A DNA stretch of 60,783 nt, the filler included. It is 5 parts of 5 records of this genome, joined end to end, with 100 filler letters (N's around TTAATTAATTAA, not from the genome) between each part and the next. Parts side by side here need not be neighbours in the genome. Positions count along the whole stretch, not along the records: positions 41,761 to 60,783 come from DRR378314_1928; 4 more parts are not named here. One strand, written 5' to 3'. Of this stretch, positions 52,546 to 60,783 are shown in pieces (position 1 is the stretch's first letter; every line of letters begins with the position of its first letter). A program made the translations under genes and the position numbers. The notes under the pieces are model-generated. The model was not told where the DNA came from. It saw nothing but the letters and a program-made list of their open reading frames with translations, and made no database searches.

Positions 52546-55224
52546 ATGAAATCGCTTCGCAAACCTTTCGGAAGCGCCGACAAAGGCGCGTTGAAGGCTG
52601 CCGGGGTAGCGCTGGCCAGCAGCTTTCTGATTGCAGGGTGTTTCGACGGAAGCAGTTCTTCTTCCGGCTCCGATAGCTCGGTGAACGAACAGCTTTTCCC
52701 GGCAGACGGTACGTTTGAGGCAACCATCAGGAGAACGACGAACGGGGTTCCCCATGTTAAGGCCGACGACCTCGCATCGGCGGCGTTTGGGCATGGCTAC
52801 GCGCAGGCCCAGGACAACGTTTGTGTGCTGGCTGAAGCTATTGTTAAAGCCAGGAGTGAGAGAGCCAAGTACTTCGGCTCCGGCCCCAATACGCCATTCG
52901 GTGTAGGGCTTAACATCGTTAATGACTTCAGCTACAAGGCGCAGAGAATTTACAGCGGCGCCGAAGTTGAATTTCCGACACTCACGGACGAAAGCCGTGC
53001 GCTGATTGAGGGCTTCACGGCGGGTTACAACCGCTACGTGACCGAAACCGCTCCGGGCGATCTGCCTGCAGAATGCAGGGATCAGGAATGGGTAAAAACC
53101 ATCACGCCCGTGGATCTTTTGGCCCACTACAGAGTGGTTGGGCAATACGCCAGTGGTGCCCAGTTTGCTACAGGTGCAGTTTTCCTGGCCGTACCCCCCG
53201 GCGAGAGCCCGGCTCCGGTGACGGTTTCGGCGGTTGCCGATGCTGAACAGGTCGAGCAGTTGCGCAACGATGTCGTGGCGACGGCGGAAGCAAATGCCGG
53301 GGCAGTGCAGGACTTCACGGATATGGGGCTTGCCAGTAATGCCTGGGGTATCGGCAGCACCATGACCGAGCAGGGTCGCGGTGCACTTCTGGCCAACCCC
53401 CACTTCCCCTATACCGGCCACCGGCGCCTCTATGAGGTGCAGATGACCGTGCCGGGGTATCTGAACATTCATGGTGCCGGGTTGCTCGGTACGGCAATTC
53501 CGCTCATCAACTTCAATGAAAACCTGGCGTGGTCGCATACCGTGACCACGAGCCGGCGATTCACCTGGTATGAGTTAACCCTGAAAGCGGGGGACAACCT
53601 TACCTACGTAAAAGATGGTGTGGAAAAGCCCATCGAGGTTGAGACCTACCAGATAGAAGTGAAAATGCCCGGCATGCCTGAGCCACTGGTTCTTGAGCGG
53701 GATTTCTATTTCTCCGAGTACGGCCCCATGATCGCGGCCAATGCTGTCAACAACCAGTTGCCGGCCTGGGGTGGCAATGGCGCTCTGAATCCAACCGGAT
53801 CGGTCGCGATGACTTACCGTGATGCCAACGCAAACACAGGCGGCTTGCTGGACACCTGGCTTCAAATGAGCCTGGCGACGAACCTCTCTGAGTTCCAGGA
53901 TGTCTTCAGGAACTGCGGGTCTACGCTGTGGACGAATACCACCTACGCTGATGATCAGGGCAACGCGTTCTACATCGATAGCAGTTCGGTGCCCAATCTG
54001 TCCGACAAGGCCATTGCCCTTGTTAACTTCAGACGATTTGGCAGTGCTTCTTACGCCGGATTGTTCGATCAGGACGTCACGCTTCTTGATGGCAGCAAGT
54101 CCATTGAAGACTGGGTTGAGACCTCTTGCGGCCCATTGGTTCCCTACAGCGATAAACCCAAACTGGTTCGCACCGACTGGGTCCAGAATTCGAACAGCAG
54201 TCACTGGGCAACAAACCCTGATGAATTCCTGACAGGTTATTCCCCATTGTTTGGTCAGGAAAAAGCAGAGATCAATGCCCGTACCCGTTTGGGTATCAAG
54301 ATGCTTCAGAACCCGTTGGAACCTGGCGTTCCCTCTGCTCCGCTTCCTGCAGGGCAGGACGGCAAGTTCAATGCAGAGGAGCTTCTGGGGGTTATCTGGA
54401 ACAACCGGTCGTGGTACGCGGAACAGTTCCTGCCTGAACTGCTTGAGCGTTGCGACGCCATCGGCACTACTACCGTCAATGGACAGGATCTCTCATCCTG
54501 GTGTCAGTCGCTCGGAAATTGGGATGGCCTCTATAACCGCGACAGTGTTGGCGCCCATATCTTCAGGGTGTTCATGGCAAATTACCTTGAAGACGTGGAC
54601 AGCGATCTGACCCAACCGTTCAGTCCTTCCGACCCGGTGGGTACGCCTGCCAGTCCGTCTGAAGACAATGCGGGCACGCCCAGCGATACCATGCTCCTGG
54701 CTCTGTCAGAAGGCGTTGACGCGCTTGTTTCACAGGGCATTGCGCCCACAACCGCCCTGGGTGAGCTGCAGTTCTATCGCGCATCAGGTGGTGTTGTTCC
54801 GGGCCCCGACGGCACGCCAGTATTCCAGACCGATGAGATCCCCTGGCATGGCGGTGACGGTGGTATTGACGGTGCGTTTAATGCGATTGGTGTGGTGGGT
54901 GACCCATTTGCGGAGGATACCCGGTTCCCGCGGATTGCTCCAATAACCATACCCAATACAGCCGGCCTGTCTGACGGCAGTAACGGTATAGATGGCTGGT
55001 TGATGGCAAGGGGCACAAGCTGGCACTTCGGCTTGGAGTTTACGGATAACGGGCCAGAAGCCTATGGGCTGGTCAGTTATTCACAGTCAACCGACGCCAT
55101 GTCTCCCTACTTCAGTGACCAGAGTGAGGCATACTCCAACAAGGAATACCGGAAGCTCCTGTTCACCGAGGAGGAGATTGAAGCAAACCTGCTCCCGCAG
55201 GGTGAGACAGTGATATCTCAGTAG
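52546..55224 (+). CDS. Ntn-hydrolase acylase (S45; PvdQ/AHL-acylase-like) lipoprotein
   Basis: Lipobox IAGC, IRRT..GVPH, FG.GYAQAQD, beta-chain start SNAW (Ser codon 53335), LLANPHFP. Confidence 0.9.
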   Translation: MKSLRKPFGSADKGALKAAGVALASSFLIAGCFDGSSSSSGSDSSVNEQLFPADGTFEATIRRTTNGVPHVKADDLASAAFGHGYAQAQDNVCVLAEAIVKARSERAKYFGSGPNTPFGVGLNIVNDFSYKAQRIYSGAEVEFPTLTDESRALIEGFTAGYNRYVTETAPGDLPAECRDQEWVKTITPVDLLAHYRVVGQYASGAQFATGAVFLAVPPGESPAPVTVSAVADAEQVEQLRNDVVATAEANAGAVQDFTDMGLASNAWGIGSTMTEQGRGALLANPHFPYTGHRRLYEVQMTVPGYLNIHGAGLLGTAIPLINFNENLAWSHTVTTSRRFTWYELTLKAGDNLTYVKDGVEKPIEVETYQIEVKMPGMPEPLVLERDFYFSEYGPMIAANAVNNQLPAWGGNGALNPTGSVAMTYRDANANTGGLLDTWLQMSLATNLSEFQDVFRNCGSTLWTNTTYADDQGNAFYIDSSSVPNLSDKAIALVNFRRFGSASYAGLFDQDVTLLDGSKSIEDWVETSCGPLVPYSDKPKLVRTDWVQNSNSSHWATNPDEFLTGYSPLFGQEKAEINARTRLGIKMLQNPLEPGVPSAPLPAGQDGKFNAEELLGVIWNNRSWYAEQFLPELLERCDAIGTTTVNGQDLSSWCQSLGNWDGLYNRDSVGAHIFRVFMANYLEDVDSDLTQPFSPSDPVGTPASPSEDNAGTPSDTMLLALSEGVDALVSQGIAPTTALGELQFYRASGGVVPGPDGTPVFQTDEIPWHGGDGGIDGAFNAIGVVGDPFAEDTRFPRIAPITIPNTAGLSDGSNGIDGWLMARGTSWHFGLEFTDNGPEAYGLVSYSQSTDAMSPYFSDQSEAYSNKEYRKLLFTEEEIEANLLPQGETVISQ

Positions 55225-55278
55225 TCGTTGGGGTTAGATCGATAACCCACTGACTATCAGTGAAACAAGCAGTGAAGG

Positions 55279-55311
55279 AAGGCCGGCGATACTGAATCGC
55301 CGGCCTTTTTT
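55279..55311 (+). terminator. Intrinsic terminator of the acylase gene
   Basis: AAGGCCGGCGAT-actga-ATCGCCGGCCTTTTTT. Confidence 0.88.
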
Positions 55312-55415
55312 GTATCTGTTGACTCGCTCTGAATAGGGCACACATCCCAACTGGAAATATTGGAGGGTATTGTGAATGCAGGGGGGCGAGTGACCTGGTC
55401 TTTCGATTGGCCAAT

Positions 55416-55441
55416 AAAAAGCCCCGGAAGTCCGGGGCTTT
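55416..55441 (-). terminator. Intrinsic terminator of the lipase gene
   Basis: AAAAAGCCCCGGA-ag-TCCGGGGCTTT. Confidence 0.85.
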
Positions 55442-55457
55442 CAGGTTTCAGGTCAAG

Positions 55458-58328
55458 TTATTCGTCTTGATCCAGTGCGCTTTCCAGAGTATCGCTCTCA
55501 CCCAGCACTGACAGGTTTGCAGCGTCTTCCGGATTAGGTCCGGTTGTTGTCAGGACCGGAGCTCCAGCGATGGCCAGGATGGTCTGACGAACCATCTCTG
55601 AGAACGCTGGGATGGTGTTGGAGCCGCCAGGGCACTGCAGATCTTCAGGGTTAGGCTGTGTAGCCGGGCCGACAAACGTACCGTGGTTGGCATTGGTACA
55701 AGGGTTAGCGCCTGCGAAGAACGAGGCTGCTGGTAATGCGCCTTCGTTTGCTGCAGATCCAGTCTGTACGAGGCTTAGGCCAGCGCCGTCTGCAAGCGTA
55801 CCGCCACCAGCACCAAGATCAATCAGAGCCATCAGTGGCTCAGTAGATGCCAGCGGTGCAGAGAGCGCTTGACCCAATGGGTTGACGTTTGCTTCGTTCG
55901 GCACGGTTGAATCACCAATGACTTCGCTGATCAGGATGTTGCTCGTCGAGCCGCCAAGGGCCTCGGCGAAGTTCACCGGATCTGTTGCATCCACAACCGA
56001 CTGGAACACATACATGAAGCTCTCAAAGTTAGCAGAGCCCTGATTCACGCCAGCTGCGGCCAATCCACCAATGATGGGGGCTGAGAAGGCGGGAGAGTTC
56101 TCAATCAGGCGGGTTACCTGACCGCCAGTGTTATGCAGAACCACTGTAGACAGCGGCCGGAACTCAAACCCGTTCAGGGGTGAACCCGGAGATTGGTAGA
56201 TACCATTGACGGTCGCGTTCAAGGTTGGATCGTTGACCAGTGAGGCAAACGTTGTACCGGAAATGCCTCCCAGCGAATGGCCCACGAAGTGGACATCCAG
56301 GCCCGCAAGGTCACCGGAACTGGGCAGTCCATTGATGCCCATGGTTTGCACCGAAGCCGCCACGTTCAACAGATCGACAACGCCTTGACGCAGGTTGTCG
56401 CGGTTGTTGAGCATGTTGGACGGGTTAATGAACAGGCTACCCGATTCAACGTCGGCAAGATCAGCCGAGACCGGCTGCTGCTGGGCGTTGGCGGTGTAGC
56501 TGAAGTGACGTTCACCGATGTAGTCGGCACTGATCAGAGCGTTGAGCTGAGCGTCAAGTTGAGGGCTGCCTGTACCACCGTTGTTAAGAATAGTATTGAT
56601 TTCGGTAGTAAGAGCGGCTTCCGAAAGTGGTGTCAGACCAGGAACGGTTCCGGCTGTTGCACCAGCAAGACCGTGTAGCGGCTGGTCAATCGCAATGACT
56701 GCCTGACATGACCGGTTGGCGAGAAGGATGCCCGGAAGCATTGTTACGCTGCGGTCAACCGTGATGCCGTGTTGGAAGATCGTCACACCGTTGGGCACGT
56801 TGGGATCAGCACATGTGGCAGGACGGCTTGCTCCCGTGGCTGGATGGAATGCCACTACTGGAACAGTGGTGGTTGCCTTCTGTTCAGGGAAGGGGAAGTA
56901 ACCATTGACGTTGAGCGTGCCGTCGATATCCCGCAGGAACCGGAAGGTATCAACACCTGGCTCAAGAGACTCACTGATACCGGCTTCCAGGCTGGTGCTG
57001 CCCTCGAAACTTCCGGTTGATAGGGCGGAGCCGTCGGCACCCGGGAGGGACTGGAAGTAGGGTAGAGCAATAGCGCCCTGGGAAACCTGAACCTGGCTCG
57101 CCGCAAGCACGATCGGATTGTTGGCATCCTGGGCAGCCAGGCCTTGGATAGTTGCCAGATCACTGGCGGATGTCGGCGCAGAGAAGTATGACGGCCTGGG
57201 TACCGGCAGATGCAAAGAGTCGCCGACTTCAGCGGTAATTGCAGCCTCAATATTCGCCGGGGTCGTGATCGAGCCAAGCTCACCAAGCCTTGTGATGGCA
57301 GCAATTTCAGCCGCAGGTAAGGTAGAGATATCCAGATCTCCATTCTGAATAGCAGCTGCCTTCTGGCCGAGTTCCGAGAGTTTCGCAGTCAACTGCGAGA
57401 AGTTCAGCGTGGGGAAATTATCCCTGACGGCCTTCAATTGGGCTGTAAAGCCCACTTTCTGGCCTAAGGCCGATCCAAATGCCGCTGGTGCCATCATGGC
57501 TTCCAGGACTTCGGTATCCGAATTCGTTGTAAACGAGTAAGACAGAGCCGACTCGGATCCTGTGCTCATTGCCGTCAGGAAGCCATTGCCGAGCGCGTCG
57601 AGACTCTGGAGCAGGGACTTAACGTTGCCCAGCGCCGGGTTGCCCAGTGTGCCTTCGGCCAGAGCGATATCCTGCGTTGCGCGGGCAATGGGCTTGCCAT
57701 TCGCGCCCCTGACGTCGTCACTGATAACAACGAGGTACTTCTGGCCTTCCAGCAAGGGCTCAAGGGGTACAACGCGGATGGCGTTATTGGTGCCGCCATC
57801 AAGGCTGACAACATCGGCCCTGAAGTTTGGCTGCAGGCTCGGATCAAGCTCGAACGGATCCGCAGGATTAATGCCACTGGGATTGGTATTCGGCAACGCT
57901 TCAGGTGCCGAGGCAACAGCTGGCGGAACCTTAAGCGGTACCAGGAAAACGGTCGCGTTCGCCATAACCGACGCCGGGTTCAGCTCACCATCAAACTTGA
58001 GGCTGAAGGCACCGGAAGTGGAGAAGCCGGAAAGCCGGTTCACGGCATCGTCAGCAGGTGTGTTGCCCGTTGACAGGCCAGTGAAGTCATAGTCGGCGCT
58101 CTGGGTGGCGCCGAGCAGCAGAATCAGGTCCGAATTGATCGGGAACTGGGGTTCTGCGGCCAGGGGGTTCGGGTCATAAATAGGACGAACCAGACTTCTG
58201 TCGATGGTGGTGTCTTCAATCTTATAATCGGGATTCGCGTTACTGGACCCGGAACCAGCGCTGTCAAAGCAGCCTGTCAGTCCAACGGAAGAAGCCACGG
58301 CAAGACTTATTAGAGTTTTCTTGAACAT
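55458..58328 (-). CDS. Extracellular lipase/phospholipase lipoprotein (Pla-1/VolA-like)
   Basis: Lipobox LTGC, GFST, FQHGIT oxyanion motif, AIDQPLHG, RDNLRQ, GHSLG nucleophile elbow. Confidence 0.85.
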   Translation of the reverse strand: MFKKTLISLAVASSVGLTGCFDSAGSGSSNANPDYKIEDTTIDRSLVRPIYDPNPLAAEPQFPINSDLILLLGATQSADYDFTGLSTGNTPADDAVNRLSGFSTSGAFSLKFDGELNPASVMANATVFLVPLKVPPAVASAPEALPNTNPSGINPADPFELDPSLQPNFRADVVSLDGGTNNAIRVVPLEPLLEGQKYLVVISDDVRGANGKPIARATQDIALAEGTLGNPALGNVKSLLQSLDALGNGFLTAMSTGSESALSYSFTTNSDTEVLEAMMAPAAFGSALGQKVGFTAQLKAVRDNFPTLNFSQLTAKLSELGQKAAAIQNGDLDISTLPAAEIAAITRLGELGSITTPANIEAAITAEVGDSLHLPVPRPSYFSAPTSASDLATIQGLAAQDANNPIVLAASQVQVSQGAIALPYFQSLPGADGSALSTGSFEGSTSLEAGISESLEPGVDTFRFLRDIDGTLNVNGYFPFPEQKATTTVPVVAFHPATGASRPATCADPNVPNGVTIFQHGITVDRSVTMLPGILLANRSCQAVIAIDQPLHGLAGATAGTVPGLTPLSEAALTTEINTILNNGGTGSPQLDAQLNALISADYIGERHFSYTANAQQQPVSADLADVESGSLFINPSNMLNNRDNLRQGVVDLLNVAASVQTMGINGLPSSGDLAGLDVHFVGHSLGGISGTTFASLVNDPTLNATVNGIYQSPGSPLNGFEFRPLSTVVLHNTGGQVTRLIENSPAFSAPIIGGLAAAGVNQGSANFESFMYVFQSVVDATDPVNFAEALGGSTSNILISEVIGDSTVPNEANVNPLGQALSAPLASTEPLMALIDLGAGGGTLADGAGLSLVQTGSAANEGALPAASFFAGANPCTNANHGTFVGPATQPNPEDLQCPGGSNTIPAFSEMVRQTILAIAGAPVLTTTGPNPEDAANLSVLGESDTLESALDQDE

Positions 58329-58623
58329 GGGTGGAACCTTTTCCTGTTGTTGTGTCGTTATGTTCGGCAGCTGACGGGGCCGGTCTGGTCCGGTAAACCC
58401 GTTGTCAGCGGCCTGGTTTGCTTAGCTGTTGTCTGAAATTCTGGCCAGCGCTCTGTGCCTGATTTCTGTAACTCTGACTATAGCGGCAGTAAAGCAACAG
58501 TTGATCGCTCTAAAGTGTGATTCTGACCATTGGGAGCCTACCCGCACAGTCGGAGTTTGGCTTCAATGAAAAATAGTTGGCCCCAGGAGGTTTGTCGAGT
58601 CCGTCAGGGCGGGTGCAGCCAGC

Positions 58624-59397
58624 CTAGCTGAAGGTCGAGAAATCCGGTTTACGCTTTTCCGTGAAGGCCTTGATCGCCTCGGCGTTCTCAGGGGATTTCA
58701 GGCGTTCGGCAAACAGTTTTCCCTCCGCGAGCATGGTGGTTTTCAACACGTCACCGGTCGCCCGGTTGAGAAGCTCGCGGGTGGCACGGACAGCCGCCGG
58801 AGGCTGCGCGGAAAGCTGGGCGCAGGCTTCCATCGCCATGGCCTCGGTGTGTGCCGGTTCACACACACGATTGATCAGGCCCAGGCGCAGGGCGTCGTCC
58901 GCGGTGAAAGCATCGCCAAGCATCAGCAACTCTGCGGCACGAACCCGACCGAGCCACGCGGGCAGCAGCAGGCTGGAGCCGCCTTCAGGGCAGAGACCAA
59001 GGGTTGCGAAGGGCATCTGGAAGCGGGTGTTGTTGCCGGCAAATACCATGTCGCAATGCAGCAGCATTGTGGTGCCGATGCCCACGGCGGGGCCGTTCAC
59101 GGCAGCGACGACAGGCTTGTTGGTGGTGGCCAGCAGTAACAGGAAACGACCCACGGGGGTGTTCTCGAACTCACCGGGCAGGCCGGCTGCGAAATCACCC
59201 AGGTCATTGCCGGCGGTGAAACAGTCATCGCTGCCCGTATAAAGGATGCACCGAATATCACTGTCGTCCCGGGCCTGTTCGATGGCGTCGCCAAGAGCGG
59301 TATACATATCGTGAGTCAGGGCGTTCTTACGATCCGGGCGGTTAATTCGGACGGTGAGGACATGATTCTTCTTTTCGGTCAGGACAAGGTCGGTCAC
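58624..59397 (-). CDS. Enoyl-CoA hydratase/isomerase
   Basis: NRPDRKNA, FTAGNDL, AVNGPAVGIG, GLCPEGGSS. Confidence 0.93.
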   Translation of the reverse strand: MTDLVLTEKKNHVLTVRINRPDRKNALTHDMYTALGDAIEQARDDSDIRCILYTGSDDCFTAGNDLGDFAAGLPGEFENTPVGRFLLLLATTNKPVVAAVNGPAVGIGTTMLLHCDMVFAGNNTRFQMPFATLGLCPEGGSSLLLPAWLGRVRAAELLMLGDAFTADDALRLGLINRVCEPAHTEAMAMEACAQLSAQPPAAVRATRELLNRATGDVLKTTMLAEGKLFAERLKSPENAEAIKAFTEKRKPDFSTFS

Positions 59398-59580
59398 GGT
59401 GTCTCCTGGGGTTCGTATGTCGACGATAGCATCGATGTTACATTTTTTCGCGGCCGTTTAGCCAAGTTTCCCGCTAAAAACCTTCGCCGTGTGTCTGATC
59501 CCGCGTTCCAGGAATTTCTGGTAAACTTCGCGTTCCCTTTTAAAATGCCCAACCTATAAACCAGACCTGATGAGACGCCT

Positions 59581-60783
59581 ATGACCACCGTAATCCGCCA
59601 GGACGACCTGATCGAGAGCGTAGCGGACGCGCTGCAGTTCATCTCTTACTACCATCCCAAGGATTTTATCCAGGCTGTATACGAGGCCTACCAGAAGGAA
59701 GAGTCACAGGCGGCCAAGGATGCCATGGCGCAGATTCTGATTAATTCCCGTATGTGTGCCCAGGGCAAGCGGCCACTGTGCCAGGACACTGGCATCGTTA
59801 CGGTATTTGTTACAGTCGGCATGGATGTGCAATGGGATGCCGACATGGCGCTGGACGACATCATCAATGAAGGCGTCCGCCGGGCCTACATGCACCCGGA
59901 CAATGTGCTGCGTGCCTCTATCCTGGCTGATCCGGACGGCAAGCGCACGAATACCAAGGACAACACGCCTGCCATCATCCATTACAAGATTGTGCCGGGT
60001 AACACCGTCGACGTGCATGTCGCTGCGAAGGGCGGCGGGTCCGAGGCCAAGTCAAAATTCGCCATGCTGAACCCGTCCGACTCCGTGGTGGACTGGGTAC
60101 TGAAAATGGTGCCACAGATGGGCGCTGGCTGGTGCCCGCCGGGTATGCTGGGTATTGGTGTCGGCGGCACCGCCGAAAAGGCGATGGAATTGGCGAAGGA
60201 GTCGTTGCTGGACCCGATCGATATCCACGACTTGCAGGCCCGTGGTGCGTCCAACCGCTCAGAGGAACTGCGTCTGGAACTGTTCGAGAAGGTCAACGAA
60301 CTGGGCATCGGCGCTCAGGGGCTCGGTGGCCTGACCACAGTTCTGGATGTGAAGGTCAAAGACTATCCCACGCACGCCGCCAACAAGCCTGTGGCGATCA
60401 TCCCTAACTGCGCCGCCACCCGCCATGCGCACTTCGTGCTGGACGGCTCCGGCCCCTCACTGCAAACCCCGCCGAGCCTGGAAGACTGGCCAGAGATTAC
60501 CTGGGAAGTGGGCGATAGTGTGCGCCGTGTAAACCTGGATACGGTGACGCCGGAAGACGTGAAAGACTGGAAGCCGGGCGAAACCGTGCTGCTTTCCGGC
60601 AAGATGCTGACTGGCCGCGACGCTGCCCATAAGAAGATGGTGGACATGATCGAGCGCGGTGAAGAACTGCCGGTGGACCTGAAAGGCCGCTTCATCTATT
60701 ACGTGGGCCCGGTGGACCCGGTGCGCGAAGAAGTGGTTGGCCCGGCCGGTCCCACCACCGCCACCCGCATGGACAAGTTCACC
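59581..60783 (+). CDS. Class I (Fe-S) fumarate hydratase, 3'-partial
   Basis: MTTVIRQDDLIESVADALQFISYYHP, PLCQDTG, KGGGSE, WCPP, GPTTATRMDKFT; absent from the ORF track because no stop lies in the window. Confidence 0.95.
   Translation, partial: MTTVIRQDDLIESVADALQFISYYHPKDFIQAVYEAYQKEESQAAKDAMAQILINSRMCAQGKRPLCQDTGIVTVFVTVGMDVQWDADMALDDIINEGVRRAYMHPDNVLRASILADPDGKRTNTKDNTPAIIHYKIVPGNTVDVHVAAKGGGSEAKSKFAMLNPSDSVVDWVLKMVPQMGAGWCPPGMLGIGVGGTAEKAMELAKESLLDPIDIHDLQARGASNRSEELRLELFEKVNELGIGAQGLGGLTTVLDVKVKDYPTHAANKPVAIIPNCAATRHAHFVLDGSGPSLQTPPSLEDWPEITWEVGDSVRRVNLDTVTPEDVKDWKPGETVLLSGKMLTGRDAAHKKMVDMIERGEELPVDLKGRFIYYVGPVDPVREEVVGPAGPTTATRMDKFT

Overview
The window is not one replicon. It is five unrelated contigs joined by 100-nt N spacers carrying the six-frame stop linker TTAATTAATTAA. 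(1) 1-11015 and (2) 11116-17331 are Roseobacter-group (Rhodobacterales) housekeeping DNA: AGCS symporter, nadD, dacB, class I lysS, a beta-helix protein, uvrB, secA, a PstS-OmpA fusion, radC, dnaJ and dnaK, plus CtrA-type and EcfG-type sites. (3) 17432-24231 is eukaryotic, non-animal DNA with GT-AG introns: the last two exons of an MscS-like channel, an LRR protein, a DUF5672-like gene and degenerate ~200-bp repeats. (4) 24332-41660 is Halomonas-like: nrdJ with tandem NrdR boxes and a chemotaxis/flagellar operon. (5) 41761-60783 is Marinobacter-like: BCCT transporter, retropepsin/7TM/ATP-grasp operon, rmuC, CoA transferase, DGC, Ntn acylase, lipase and fumarase. The most unusual system is in contig 4. 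An FlhF with a ~360-aa C-terminal extension is coupled to a degenerate, ATPase-less FlhG that keeps only the DQAxxLR activator motif. These are followed by flhE-fliA, a PomAB/MotPS-like (Na+-type) stator and a phytochrome-architecture diguanylate cyclase that has lost its bilin-attachment residues. Taxon assignments and family calls come from motif recognition by eye, not from database searches.
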